64,000 nt of DNA, taken from positions 480,001 to 544,000 of the forward strand of contig CAWEPZ010000011.1 in the NCBI GenBank assembly GCA_963811105.1, read 5' to 3'. The notes beneath the pieces are model-generated. The model ran no database searches. It was not told where the DNA came from and saw only the letters and a program-made list of their open reading frames with translations. The DNA comes from Candidatus Bathyarchaeota archaeon. Lineage in GTDB: Archaea > Thermoproteota > Bathyarchaeia > Bathyarchaeales > Bathycorpusculaceae. The translations under genes and the position numbers were made by a program. Shown piece by piece: positions 40,276 to 50,149 of the stretch; the stretch's first letter is position 1, and the number at the start of each line of letters is the position of its first letter.

Positions 40276-41370
40276 TTGCCCAAGCAGACAGCTTTTGATT
40301 CGGATGAGGTTCTGGAAAAGGAGAAACAGGCTCATGAAGTAATAAAAGCGTGCCGAACAGATCGAGGTTTCAACGCTAGCACCCATCTTTATCATCAGCT
40401 TTGGCTAAGAGACCTTGTTTACTCGGAAGATGTCCTGCTACAACTTGGGTACCAAAAAGATGTTGAAAATCACTTGTCCGAATTTGTAACGCTGCAGCGC
40501 AGTAGCGGCCAGATCCCGACCGTTATTGATTACAGTGTAAGCAAAGTGATTCGTCAAAGATATCAGCGCTGCTCAGCTGATGCGGAAATTTTGTTTGTCA
40601 TTGGGATGCAAAAGCTCGTAGCTGTTGGGTGTGACGAGTTTCTTGATGAAAATTTGGAATCGGTGAAATTGTGCCTTCCCTTTATCGAGAATAAGCTGGA
40701 TCCGCATAGGCTTATTCCCGGCATGGATTGGAGGGATGCAATGCCAGTTTATGTAGGCAAGTACCTTTTAGCAAACCAGATGCTGTTGGCTGAAATGTAC
40801 GAATTGCAGGGAAACTTGTCGGCGTCAAATTTGGTTAAGGAAAACGTGAACAAGCTATTTTATTGTGGAGATTTAGGTTGGTATGCGGACAGCATTCATT
40901 GGAGGGGAAATGAGCTAAAACTAGATCGCCATTTTGACTGTCTTGGCAACGCTTTAGCAATCCTCAATGGAACAGCTTCGAAAAAAGTTTCACAAGACAT
41001 ACTTAGGGGGTTTAATGTTGCAAAAACGCCTTTCGGCTACAGAAACATCATGCCATACTACGTGTTCAACAGAGAGAAGGCACTGGCAACATGGTACAAG
41101 ACATGCCGAGTACCGTTTGCCGTATTCCTCAGAAACCGGATTGGCAAATACCAAAACTCAGCGATTTGGCCTTTTGTCGAGATAAGAGTGATTGATGCAC
41201 TAAAAAAATTGCAGACAGAAAATGAAGCTGAAGCAGCAGCTAACATAATGATTAAACGCAAAGAATTCAACGAGTTCTACGATCCAACAACTGGCACGCC
41301 TGAAGGAAGCGAAGGGCAGCTCTGGACAGCAGCCGCAACACTTTTGGTAATTAATTATTTCAGGTCTTGA
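40276..41370 (+). CDS. (alpha/alpha)6-barrel glycoside hydrolase (amylo-alpha-1,6-glucosidase/invertase-like)
   Basis: QLWLRD, DWRD, YQNSAIWPF, EFYDP..G...QLWTAA. Confidence 0.8.
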   Translation: MPKQTAFDSDEVLEKEKQAHEVIKACRTDRGFNASTHLYHQLWLRDLVYSEDVLLQLGYQKDVENHLSEFVTLQRSSGQIPTVIDYSVSKVIRQRYQRCSADAEILFVIGMQKLVAVGCDEFLDENLESVKLCLPFIENKLDPHRLIPGMDWRDAMPVYVGKYLLANQMLLAEMYELQGNLSASNLVKENVNKLFYCGDLGWYADSIHWRGNELKLDRHFDCLGNALAILNGTASKKVSQDILRGFNVAKTPFGYRNIMPYYVFNREKALATWYKTCRVPFAVFLRNRIGKYQNSAIWPFVEIRVIDALKKLQTENEAEAAANIMIKRKEFNEFYDPTTGTPEGSEGQLWTAAATLLVINYFRS

Positions 41371-41611
41371 AAACAATGGAACATTGATTCTATAACTTAT
41401 TTGTTATCGAAGTTTTACTCGTGTTATAACTTTGAGGTTTGCCATTTGAAAACTCAATCTGTAGCGGCTTTGATTCAGAAACTGAAAGTAAAGTAAAAAC
41501 TTCATTAATTCGTTAAAATATTAGTACATAAGCTATTTTCTATTTTTTTTCCTTCGTCGTTATTATAGCAATCGAGGTTTTCGGTTGAATAATTGACAAA
41601 TTATGTTTAAA

Positions 41612-41641
41612 GCGGGCGGGGAAAATTATGGACCCTCGGGT
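41612..41641 (-). repeat. Degenerate tRNA-Arg 3'-end copy (copy B)
   Basis: GCGGGCGGGGAaaattatggACCCTCG aligns without gaps, 21/27 nt, to 50152-50178. Confidence 0.5.
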
Positions 41642-41861
41642 ATGGGGTCGTACTGGACTCAACCCCCACGGTATGAATTCCTAACTCAAATCCTATTGAA
41701 TAATACTTATCTTGGTAGATTTTGGCCATGTTTGAAGGTGCCCGTCGCCATAGTACTCAAAAGTAAATATTATTTACCATAATCATGTGACTACACAAAC
41801 ATAGTAACATATTATTGTTTGTTTGAAACGCTTAACTTTTGATTTGCAAGAGGGCTATCAA

Positions 41862-43025
41862 ATGAAGGCTGAACCTTTTGAAATCAACATTTCGCAAGCA
41901 GTACTTGATGACCTTAGAGAACGCTTAACGCGTACACGATGGCCAGACGAGGTCACGAACGCAGGGTGGGATTATGGCACAAGTTTAAGTTATCTTAAAG
42001 AGTTCGTTAATTACTGGCAAAACGAATTTGACTGGCGCAAACAAGAGAAAGAGCTAAACAAATTTCCACAATTTAAGGCCGAAATTGATGACTTAAGCCT
42101 TCACTTTGTTCACGTTCGGGGTAGAGGACAAAATTCACTGCCTCTAATTCTTTTTCACGGTTGGCCTGATTCGTTCTATCGCTACTACAAAGTTATTCCG
42201 ATGTTGACTGACCCAGAAACGTTTGGAGGCGATTCAGCAGACTCTTTCGATGTTATTGTACCATCGCTTCCAGGGTTTGGATTCTCTGATCGCCCAAACA
42301 GTCGGGGCTACCGGCTTGCAGATTCAACCGAGAAATGGGCGAAGTTAATGAGTAAGGTGCTTGGTTACCAGAAATACGGAGTAGTCGGAGGAGACACTGG
42401 TAGTACGGTTGCTCAATTATTAACTCTGGCGCACCAGGAGGCAGTAGTTGGTGTTCATCTAACAGACTGGGGGCGCTGGCAAACCACAAACGAATCATAT
42501 CCAAATCTTACTCCGGCTGAGCAACAATACATTGGAGCATCACAGGGGTGGTTCTTTCAGGAAGGTGCATATGCACTCCTCCAATCCTCGAAACCCCAGA
42601 CGCTTGCCAATGCTTTAAACGACTCACCAGCTGGTTTGGCCTCCTGGATCTTAGAGAAGTTCTATAAATGGAGCGACTGCCAAGGAGATTTGAGTCGAAG
42701 CTATAACAAAGATGAACTAATCACAAACATAATGATCTACTGGGTCACCCAAACAATCAACTCATCATTTCGCCCTTACTACGAAGAAGCCCATAATCCT
42801 TCACTTGCCTTTGGAAAACGAATCGATCTGCCAGTAGGAATGTCGCTATTCCCCAAAGATCTTCCTCAGGGGCCTATGATGCCGCGCTCCTTGTCTGAGA
42901 GGGTCTTAAACATCCAACATTGGACGGAGATGCCGCGCGGCGGCCATTTTGCTGCTCTAGAAGAGCCAGATTTGTTCGTGAAAGATGTGCGAGATTTCTT
43001 CAGTAAAATTCTTTCGGAGTCATAA
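41862..43025 (+). CDS. Epoxide hydrolase (EHN domain plus alpha/beta hydrolase)
   Basis: DLRERLTRTRWP, HGWP, PSLPGFGFS, GGDTG, GGHFAALEEP. Confidence 0.93.
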   Translation: MKAEPFEINISQAVLDDLRERLTRTRWPDEVTNAGWDYGTSLSYLKEFVNYWQNEFDWRKQEKELNKFPQFKAEIDDLSLHFVHVRGRGQNSLPLILFHGWPDSFYRYYKVIPMLTDPETFGGDSADSFDVIVPSLPGFGFSDRPNSRGYRLADSTEKWAKLMSKVLGYQKYGVVGGDTGSTVAQLLTLAHQEAVVGVHLTDWGRWQTTNESYPNLTPAEQQYIGASQGWFFQEGAYALLQSSKPQTLANALNDSPAGLASWILEKFYKWSDCQGDLSRSYNKDELITNIMIYWVTQTINSSFRPYYEEAHNPSLAFGKRIDLPVGMSLFPKDLPQGPMMPRSLSERVLNIQHWTEMPRGGHFAALEEPDLFVKDVRDFFSKILSES

Positions 43026-43188
43026 ACTTCTTGCTAAAGCCATTTCTTAGATTGTTGGCAGGAGAAGAAACGATAGGTGAGCAAGTTTTAGTTTCAAACC
43101 CATCCTTCCAACAGACTGTGTGAAAACTATGTTAGGTTTTCGATAGAATGATAGTTTTATATGTATAATTGAGTGATATTAGCTATAT

Positions 43189-43374
43189 ATGCCTAAGAAA
43201 ATAGTTTTTGAGCCAGCAACAGAAATCAAAGTCACCGGAATAATAGGCTTCCTAAAAAGAAAAGTAACAGCCTACGGAACAGGCGCCAAAGTCACCTGCC
43301 CAAAAGAATACCTCGGCAAAACAGTCTACATAGTCATAGTAGATGAACCTGCCGAAGGAGACGAACAGCAATGA
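43189..43374 (+). CDS. DUF2080-family transposon-associated small protein
   Basis: KRKVTAYGTGAKVTCPKEYLGKTVYIVI; ATGA overlap with the transposase. Confidence 0.8.
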   Translation: MPKKIVFEPATEIKVTGIIGFLKRKVTAYGTGAKVTCPKEYLGKTVYIVIVDEPAEGDEQQ

Positions 43375-44834
43375 GCGAACACGTTGACGGAACACACCGA
43401 GACCAAACCATACTCTTCCCAGACACCCTCGACAAATACGTTGATGCAGAAAACCCAGTCAGGTTCATTGACGCCTTCATAGACAGCCTCAATCTAGAGA
43501 AGCTCGGCTTCAAACACTCAATTCTTGCTGACACAGGAAGACCATCTTACAATCCTTCAGACCTTCTAAAACTCTACACATATGGCTATCTGAACCAGAT
43601 CCGGTCCAGCAGAAAATTTGAAAGAGAATGCTACCGCAACGTCGAGGTAATGTGGTTAATGAAGAAGCTCGCTCCAGACCACAAAACCATTGCCGACTTC
43701 AGAAAAGACAACGTCGACTGTATAAAGCCTGTATTCAAAGAATTCGTCTACCTATGCCGATCACTCGACCTCTATGGTGCTCAGCTCATTGCCATAGATG
43801 GCAGCAAATTCAAGGCTGTAAACTCGAAGAGCAACAATTTCAACGAGAACACAGTTGCGTTGAGACTTAAACGGACCGAGGAGAAGATAGCAGAATACCT
43901 CAGGCTGATGGATGAGAATGACAAAGCCGACTCAGGCAAAAATGATAGCCTCAAAGTCAATGACCTTAAAGAAAGGATAGGCCGGCTTGAAGAGAAAAAG
44001 CAGCAGTACGAGCATGCTCAGAACCAGATGAAGGCGACAGGGCAGAAGGAGGTTTCGCTTGTGGATCCAGATAGCCGTTTGATGCGAGTCGACAGCCAAA
44101 GGCTGGATGTTTGCTATAATGTCCAAACGTCTGTGGATGCCAAGAAGCATCTCATTGTGGATTATGACGTGATAAACAATTCAACTGATCACCATCAATT
44201 AGTCAACGATGCTAAAGCAGCAAAGCAGACTCTTGGAGTTGAAAGATTGGAGGTAACGACCGACAAAGGGTTCTATGTTATGAAGGATTTGAAAGATTGT
44301 GAGGCTGAAGGCATAACTGTGTTTATGCCCATTCCTGCAGTTGTGAATCCGCATAAGCGTTTTGGGGTGCCGGAGCCTGGATTCTATACTGACAGGTTCG
44401 TGTATGACTCGGTTAGGGACGTTTATGTTTGTCCTGCTGGTGAGGATCTGGGGTTTTGGAAGTGCCTTCATAAGGGTAAACCGGAGCGAGGCAGAGTTTA
44501 CAAGACGCTTTGTTGCGAGGTGTGTGGTTTTAGGAGCAAGTGCACTAGGAATAAGCGTGGCAGGATTATTTTTAGGGGGGAATTCGAGGACGCTGTTGAA
44601 CGGCTCAGATCACGGTTGGGAACTTCTGAGGGAAAAGAGAAGTTGCACCGTAGAAGGGAGATAGTGGAGCATCCTTTTGGATCCATGAAGCGGGCTTTCA
44701 ATCAGGGTTATTTGCTCTTGAAGGGGCTTAGGAAGGTTAAAGGAGAGGTTGGGTTTACGATGTTGGCTTACAACATGCGAAGGGCTATCAACATTCTTGG
44801 GGTTGGCGTGTTAATGGCTTTAGTAAAAGCATGA
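43371..44834 (+). CDS. IS1182-family DDE transposase
   Basis: GRPSYNP, SSRKFE, PDHKTIADFR, AIDGSK, DPDSR, YNVQ, DKGF, VEHPFGSMK. Confidence 0.95.
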   Translation: MSEHVDGTHRDQTILFPDTLDKYVDAENPVRFIDAFIDSLNLEKLGFKHSILADTGRPSYNPSDLLKLYTYGYLNQIRSSRKFERECYRNVEVMWLMKKLAPDHKTIADFRKDNVDCIKPVFKEFVYLCRSLDLYGAQLIAIDGSKFKAVNSKSNNFNENTVALRLKRTEEKIAEYLRLMDENDKADSGKNDSLKVNDLKERIGRLEEKKQQYEHAQNQMKATGQKEVSLVDPDSRLMRVDSQRLDVCYNVQTSVDAKKHLIVDYDVINNSTDHHQLVNDAKAAKQTLGVERLEVTTDKGFYVMKDLKDCEAEGITVFMPIPAVVNPHKRFGVPEPGFYTDRFVYDSVRDVYVCPAGEDLGFWKCLHKGKPERGRVYKTLCCEVCGFRSKCTRNKRGRIIFRGEFEDAVERLRSRLGTSEGKEKLHRRREIVEHPFGSMKRAFNQGYLLLKGLRKVKGEVGFTMLAYNMRRAINILGVGVLMALVKA

Positions 44835-45133
44835 AAAAAGGCAAGACGAAAGCAACTATCAATTACAGACGAGTTTGAAGGTCAAGTATAATTCTTTCTA
44901 ATCCTAAGTTTTTACACAGTCTGCCAAGGGTGCAAATCCCAGCGGTCCGTTAAGTGAGAACTTGAAGATGAACCGCAAAGGACAGTGACGAAACACATAG
45001 AGGAATTAGCCTTCCTTGCCAAAATTATGATGGTGTCATAAGGAGCTTCGAAGGCTACACTATTGAATCAATCTTTGATTCAATTCAAGAAATAAATAAA
45101 GGAGCTTACTTGGTTACTAAGACCTTAGCCCTC

Positions 45134-45640
45134 TTATTCCCCGAGTACTGTGAATGCATAGTATAGATGAATAGCTAGAAGAATAAACAGGGTTGCTGCA
45201 AAGATTAAATGGATTTTAGAAGCCCATTTCCACTTCAAGGCTCGTCTCAACACAAGGGGATTAAGGCTTGCTGTAACCCAAGCTATTGCAGCAACAGAGA
45301 ATCCCAGAACTCCATGCATACTTCTAACAAAAGCAATGTTTCGAATTACTAAGCCGAAAATGAATTCTCCAGTCAGATACGCGGCCATTGTAACGACTAC
45401 CAACTTATGAATCGGCAAAGGCTTAACGCCAGCAATGCGCCCAAAGCGACCTGAAACCAAGAACCCTGCAGCTAGCGTTGCCATGACCAGAAGAAAACTT
45501 ATTCCGCCTAAAGAGCAATGAAATTCAAACCCTCCTTCTCCACCACCATTGTCCTCTGCCTGAGCCTGCACTCCAGTTATTGCTATCGAAACAAAGAGAA
45601 TTGACAATAAAATGACTAATATTAAGGGGGTTAGTTTCAA
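45134..45640 (-). CDS. Membrane protein with His residues in TM helices (cytochrome b561-like?)
   Basis: Signal peptide plus 4 TM, His in each (FHC, IHK, MHG, IHL). Confidence 0.6.
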   Translation of the reverse strand: MKLTPLILVILLSILFVSIAITGVQAQAEDNGGGEGGFEFHCSLGGISFLLVMATLAAGFLVSGRFGRIAGVKPLPIHKLVVVTMAAYLTGEFIFGLVIRNIAFVRSMHGVLGFSVAAIAWVTASLNPLVLRRALKWKWASKIHLIFAATLFILLAIHLYYAFTVLGE

Positions 45641-45798
45641 CTGGAGAACCTTCCAATGATTTTTTCTAAACCCACATCAAAGTACAGAACATATAAAAGT
45701 ATGTGACTGCAACCCGACAACAATAGCTTAGAAGCAAGCTGCAGGCAATTAGTTGCCAACTGCTAGCTCGTAAGGGTTCTTATGGCTTGGTGACAAAG

Positions 45799-45919
45799 CC
45801 AAGGCTTCGGCTTAGCTGTAATTAAGCGCATGACTGAATCGTTAGGCGGCACTGTCTCTTTTGAGAGCCAAGAGGGCAAAGGAACAACTTTTACAATACG
45901 TTTGCCGCCAAAGAGATAA
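45799..45919 (+). pseudogene. C-terminal HATPase fragment of a histidine kinase
   Basis: QGFGLAVIKRMTESLGGTVSFESQEGKGTTFTIRLPPKR*, paralogous to the ends of the kinases at 51398 and 61995. Confidence 0.8.
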
Positions 45920-46220
45920 ACCGTAAATGTGCATTCAAGTAGGAAAGCCTTCTGAATAAAATCATGTAACATCATGAAATCACTCTTTTCTTTTCATCGG
46001 AATTCTTGGAGGCTCGAACTTGCAATGACGAGGGCTCTATCGGACCCGGCCCTGAAAGAGTCTGAATCATAGTCTTTATGTCATTCATGATTAAACTTAG
46101 TTGCAATTATATTCAGCAGTTGATGAGTGAGAGGATTCAAACCAAACAATTTTCCTGAAATATCCTATTATTATGTCAGAAAACCAAAATTAGCCTTTTG
46201 TTGTGGTGGTATTGTTAAAA

Positions 46221-46259
46221 GCGCGGGATAGCTTTGAGCCCTCGTTTGAACCCTCGGGT
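46221..46259 (-). repeat. Degenerate tRNA-Arg 3'-arm copy (copy C)
   Basis: 31/32 identity with copy A; 46243-46259 is also present inverted at 50051-50067. Confidence 0.7.
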
Positions 46260-46582
46260 CGTAATGGCGTTGAAGACCGCACTCCCAACTTTTGGGTGAA
46301 GGGGGCGAAAACTGAAACAAATTGGAGATAACGCTCGCCCAAATATGTGGCGCAGTAGATATAGCTTTAACCTTAAAAAACTACCTCTTTGGTTAGTTAC
46401 CCTCTGCTCGCCGGATCTATGATTGACGATGTAGAAAAGAAAAAGAGCGTGCGGATTCCTTCTTGCAGGTTTAACTATTTTTCACTACTGAGCCGTGCTT
46501 GCACCCGCGCGCACACGCACCTTTAGGTTTTTTGAGCAGCTTTGCCATCTGCATGACTTGGGTAGACGAGAACGGTCCAGTA

Positions 46583-46711
46583 TTAATTTTTTCTCTTATT
46601 CCATCTGCGGTTACCAGGTGGTCCTATAAGAAAATAACCTATTAAAATAAGAGCAATGGTTACAACGATAATTATTACAATTGTTACTTCAGTCGTTACT
46701 CTCACCTCCAT
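46583..46711 (-). CDS. Putative 42-aa single-TM protein
   Basis: MEVRVTTEVTIVIIIVVTIALILIGYFLIGPPGNRRWNKRKN*. Confidence 0.4.
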   Translation of the reverse strand: MEVRVTTEVTIVIIIVVTIALILIGYFLIGPPGNRRWNKRKN

Positions 46712-46931
46712 TTTTAGTGTCTAAGTCTAAACACTTCCATTTAGCGCGAGCGTAATTTTTTTCGGTGTTTAGTGCTTCAACCTGGAACTTTTTTGGCAAT
46801 GACGAAAAGGATGATTCATTAACGACTTTTTTGCCATCCACTTCTATCTTGATGTATTTTAGAAACGCGCTCGCATTAACAATAATGGTGTGTTTTTCAT
46901 TTTCTCCTATTTCAAACTTAGCTTTTGTCAT
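46689..46931 (-). CDS. Small hypothetical protein, possibly truncated
   Basis: GAGGT SD and ATG; follows the ABC permease. Confidence 0.5.
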   Translation of the reverse strand: MTKAKFEIGENEKHTIIVNASAFLKYIKIEVDGKKVVNESSFSSLPKKFQVEALNTEKNYARAKWKCLDLDTKNGGESND

Positions 46932-46978
46932 TTACAAATACCTCTCATATGTGCTTTTCATTTCTTGGCGAAGAGCCT

Positions 46979-47722
46979 TTACTTCCATTTTGTCAATATT
47001 TCCTCCCTTTGGAAAGTCTTGGTGCTGACAAAGAAAAGCGCCACATCAACAGCTAAAATTATACCTGAAATTATGAGCAGGCTGTTTACGTCAAGGGTTA
47101 TTATGCTTGTCTCGCTGAGAAGGTATATGCCCAGAAGGGGGAAGAGGATAAAAACTCCAAAACTGTTAGCGCTGCGCACATCATTAACTCTCGATGAAAC
47201 AATAACGGCAAACAGAACACTCATAACAACGGCAGCCGGCATCAGAACTAACAGCAAAGTGGCGATGTTCCAGTTTGGAAAATAATAGGTGCCAAGCGTA
47301 TGGAAAGTAGCTTCATCAATGCCCACCATGAAAACTGCTGCCGCCGCATACATTGCGACTAAAGTTGGAATAATTGCGGAGATGGCTTTTCCAAGCAATA
47401 TTTCTCCATCAGTAAGGGGAGTGGCTAAAAGCGGTTCTAGGCTTTTCTCTACTTTCTCCCCCACTATACTGTAGGAGGCAATTCCCAAGGGAACGTAGGC
47501 TGCTCCTATGACTAAAAAGAAGGAAAAGGAGGTAAGCAAATTTGGAAGCACAGTCGGCGCTGCGAGTCCGTGGTTCCCCCTTATTGTTAAATATTCCAGT
47601 ATCACGGGAAACAGGACCGAGATAACAACCGGGAAAATAATGATAGAGGTCCAGACGTTTTTTACTCGCCTAAATATCTTGAAATCCCTAGCTGCAACAA
47701 TCCACGCCTTTGAGAGCCGCAT
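46979..47722 (-). CDS. ABC-2 type exporter permease
   Basis: SIVGEKVEKSLEPLLATP..EILLGK; 6 TM. Confidence 0.9.
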   Translation of the reverse strand: MRLSKAWIVAARDFKIFRRVKNVWTSIIIFPVVISVLFPVILEYLTIRGNHGLAAPTVLPNLLTSFSFFLVIGAAYVPLGIASYSIVGEKVEKSLEPLLATPLTDGEILLGKAISAIIPTLVAMYAAAAVFMVGIDEATFHTLGTYYFPNWNIATLLLVLMPAAVVMSVLFAVIVSSRVNDVRSANSFGVFILFPLLGIYLLSETSIITLDVNSLLIISGIILAVDVALFFVSTKTFQREEILTKWK

Positions 47723-47724
47723 AT

Positions 47725-48642
47725 TTATTTCCTCACAAGTTTTAGATAGGTTTCTTCCAAAGTTGAGCCTACCACATTGATTGATTTGACATGACCGCCC
47801 GCCAGCACTATAGCCTCTATAACAGGTGAATTTTCCTTGTCTGGGTTTTCCACGTCGAACGTTATTGTGTCGCCGCTGGTGGACAGGTTTTTGAGTGCCA
47901 GTTTTTTCAATGCCCCCAAAACTGCATCGTTCACTTGCTGCTCTAATCCAATAACTGTCTTTTTGCCGCTAACGGACCTTTCAAGTTCCTGCGGAGTCCC
48001 AATTGCCCTAAGACTCGTATGCATTATTGCTACCTTGTCGCAGATTCTCTGCGCCTCGTCGAGGTTGTGGGTGTTTAGAAAGATTGTTTTCTTCTCTTTT
48101 TTTAGTTGAAGAATGAACTCTCGGACTGTTTTTGAAGCCTCAGGATCTAGATTCGCGGTAGGTTCGTCCATGAAAATGACTTGCGGTTCATGAATTAGGG
48201 CGCGGGCTATGGCGAGTTTTTGTTTCATGCCCTTGGAAAAAGTTCCTGCCAAAACGTTTCTCTTATCCCAAAGCCCCAACATCTCAAGAAAACGCTGGAT
48301 GTTCTCTTTTCTTTGGGTTTCCGGACAATCGTATATCTTTGCAAAAAAGTCTAGGTTGTCGTAGGCTGTCAGATTTTCAGATAATCCAACGTTATCAGAG
48401 ACAAACCCGATGATTTTGCGGATTTTAATTGAGTCTTCCTTTTTTCCTATGTCATAGCCGCCTACGCTTGCGTTCCCACTAGTTTTGGATATTAGGCAAC
48501 AAAGCATTCTGACAGTCGTAGTTTTCCCTGCGCCGTTCGGACCAAGAAAACCGAAGACTTCGCCATCGTTAACATGAAGAGTGAGATTGTCTACGGCTGT
48601 TAGATCCCCAAACTTTTTTGTAAGGCCCTCAGTATCTATCAA
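47725..48642 (-). CDS. ABC exporter ATP-binding protein
   Basis: GPNGAGKT, FSKGMKQK, FMDEP, NTH. Confidence 0.95.
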   Translation of the reverse strand: MIDTEGLTKKFGDLTAVDNLTLHVNDGEVFGFLGPNGAGKTTTVRMLCCLISKTSGNASVGGYDIGKKEDSIKIRKIIGFVSDNVGLSENLTAYDNLDFFAKIYDCPETQRKENIQRFLEMLGLWDKRNVLAGTFSKGMKQKLAIARALIHEPQVIFMDEPTANLDPEASKTVREFILQLKKEKKTIFLNTHNLDEAQRICDKVAIMHTSLRAIGTPQELERSVSGKKTVIGLEQQVNDAVLGALKKLALKNLSTSGDTITFDVENPDKENSPVIEAIVLAGGHVKSINVVGSTLEETYLKLVRK

Positions 48643-48793
48643 TGCGATTACCCCTTGGACTAACGCAGCCCATTGTTTGTTAGTAAGAGGCTGGTGTTTT
48701 ATAAATAAGGTTCCACGGGTACAAAATTTGTACCGGGAAGATAAAAGTCAAAAGAGCCGTAGCACTCAGATATAGCAATTAAGGAGCTAAAGT

Positions 48794-49465
48794 ATGGTCG
48801 AGGACATTTCACCAGAGCATATTAAGCGGGTCGCAGAAAAAGCCCTAGTTATAGAACAGTACATAATAGAGAGAGCTTGGGGACTCTGTTATGCTGCAGT
48901 CGCCGCTGAAATTGTCCTTATAACTTTTCTGCCCTCGATTATCCTATTCCTTGGGGTTTCAGCTGGCTATTTTCTTGTTGTTGCGATCGTGGTTAACACA
49001 GCGGTGAGCATTGTGGGCGCTGCCATGATTGCCTGGATTTTCAAGAAGGCTTATAACTCCATGCTCGTACGCAGGGAAATTATGGATTCAATATGGACTA
49101 AATTGCTGAGGCCTTCGTGGATAGCGTTAGTTTGGACAGCCTACTATTTGCCGGTTCTTGCCGCAATTTTCTTGCTGCGCCACGAGTTTTTGGTTTTTAG
49201 ATTCGGACTTTTGGCCACAACAGTGATTCCGTTATTCTTTGCGTTTAAAGGTTCGTTCCCTGAGCGACTACCACGAGAAAGTATAGCTGTTGTGTCGGCA
49301 TTAACTATTTACACGTTAGGGGGTTTTGTTGTTTCTCTCATAAAAGCCAATGCGGGCTTTTACCTGATTCTTTGGGTAATCTTTCTTGTAATTCTTGTCT
49401 GGGCTTCTGCATATGCACGCAGACGGAAACCTCCCATCTCTTTGGAGGAACCCCAAAATTGGTAA
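48794..49465 (+). CDS. 6-TM membrane protein
   Basis: Hydrophobic ORF divergent from the ABC genes, overlapping the HTH gene start. Confidence 0.75.
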   Translation: MVEDISPEHIKRVAEKALVIEQYIIERAWGLCYAAVAAEIVLITFLPSIILFLGVSAGYFLVVAIVVNTAVSIVGAAMIAWIFKKAYNSMLVRREIMDSIWTKLLRPSWIALVWTAYYLPVLAAIFLLRHEFLVFRFGLLATTVIPLFFAFKGSFPERLPRESIAVVSALTIYTLGGFVVSLIKANAGFYLILWVIFLVILVWASAYARRRKPPISLEEPQNW

Positions 49466-49800
49466 CTGACGAACAACCCAACTTCAAAATCCCCATCACA
49501 GACACGATTAAATCATTAAACGAGCAGCTAAACGACCCTACCTTCAAATCATCAACCAGAATACTGATTTTGATCCTGCTTGCAATGAACAAGAAGTTGA
49601 CTTCTGTGGAGTTGCGTTCTTTCGTAGGGTTGGGAAAGGGTAGTTTGGAAAATCATTTGTCAAAGCTGGAGGCGGCTGGCTTAATCAGAGTTCGGTCGGT
49701 TAAGTCTTGGGGTGGCATGCACCAGGTTGTGGAGATAACTGAAAAGGGTCTGGAAGATTGCAGGTCGATACTTAAAAAAATTCACAGCTTGAATATATAG
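49459..49800 (+). CDS. Winged-helix transcriptional regulator (ArsR/MarR-like)
   Basis: STRILILILL, GLGKGSLENHLSKLEAAGLI, EITEKG; TTG at 49459. Confidence 0.85.
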   Translation: MVTDEQPNFKIPITDTIKSLNEQLNDPTFKSSTRILILILLAMNKKLTSVELRSFVGLGKGSLENHLSKLEAAGLIRVRSVKSWGGMHQVVEITEKGLEDCRSILKKIHSLNI

Positions 49801-50149
49801 AAATGGGATGTCAAAAAATAGTTTTAGTCCATATTCATTACCAATACGAGCAACAAGATTCCTGAGGCCAACATATAGGAATAAATTGAGAAAAATCCCA
49901 TGACTAAAAAGAAGACGCCAAAGAACAAAACGCTTCTAGCCTTGTTATCATACGTAAAATTTAGTCAGAAAAAGGGTGAGTGAAGAATCACCTTTGCGTA
50001 TTGATTCCCGTCCCAATAGCTTCACTTGCACTGGGTAATTTTGCGTGTTTACCCGAGGGTTCAAACGCTGAATTGAAAATGTAACCGATAACGAGAGTCA
50101 GAAAGCAGTAATTCTGATAGAAATAGCTTTATTTGCAGAAATAAGGCCG

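Larger units (their letters stand above)
43112..44923 (+). mobile_element. Intact IS1182-family insertion sequence, 1812 bp
   Basis: 17-bp TIRs CAGACTGTGTGAAAACT (43112-43128) and AGTTTTTACACAGTCTG (44907-44923), 1 mismatch; 4-bp TSD CCAA at 43108-43111 and 44924-44927. Confidence 0.93.

Noticed and set aside
40082-50067. Repeats read as a CRISPR array or classical attC sites
   Set aside because: Spacing is kilobases and irregular, no cas genes are present, and there are no RYYYAAC/GTTRRRY-bounded hairpins; similarity to the tRNA arm explains them better
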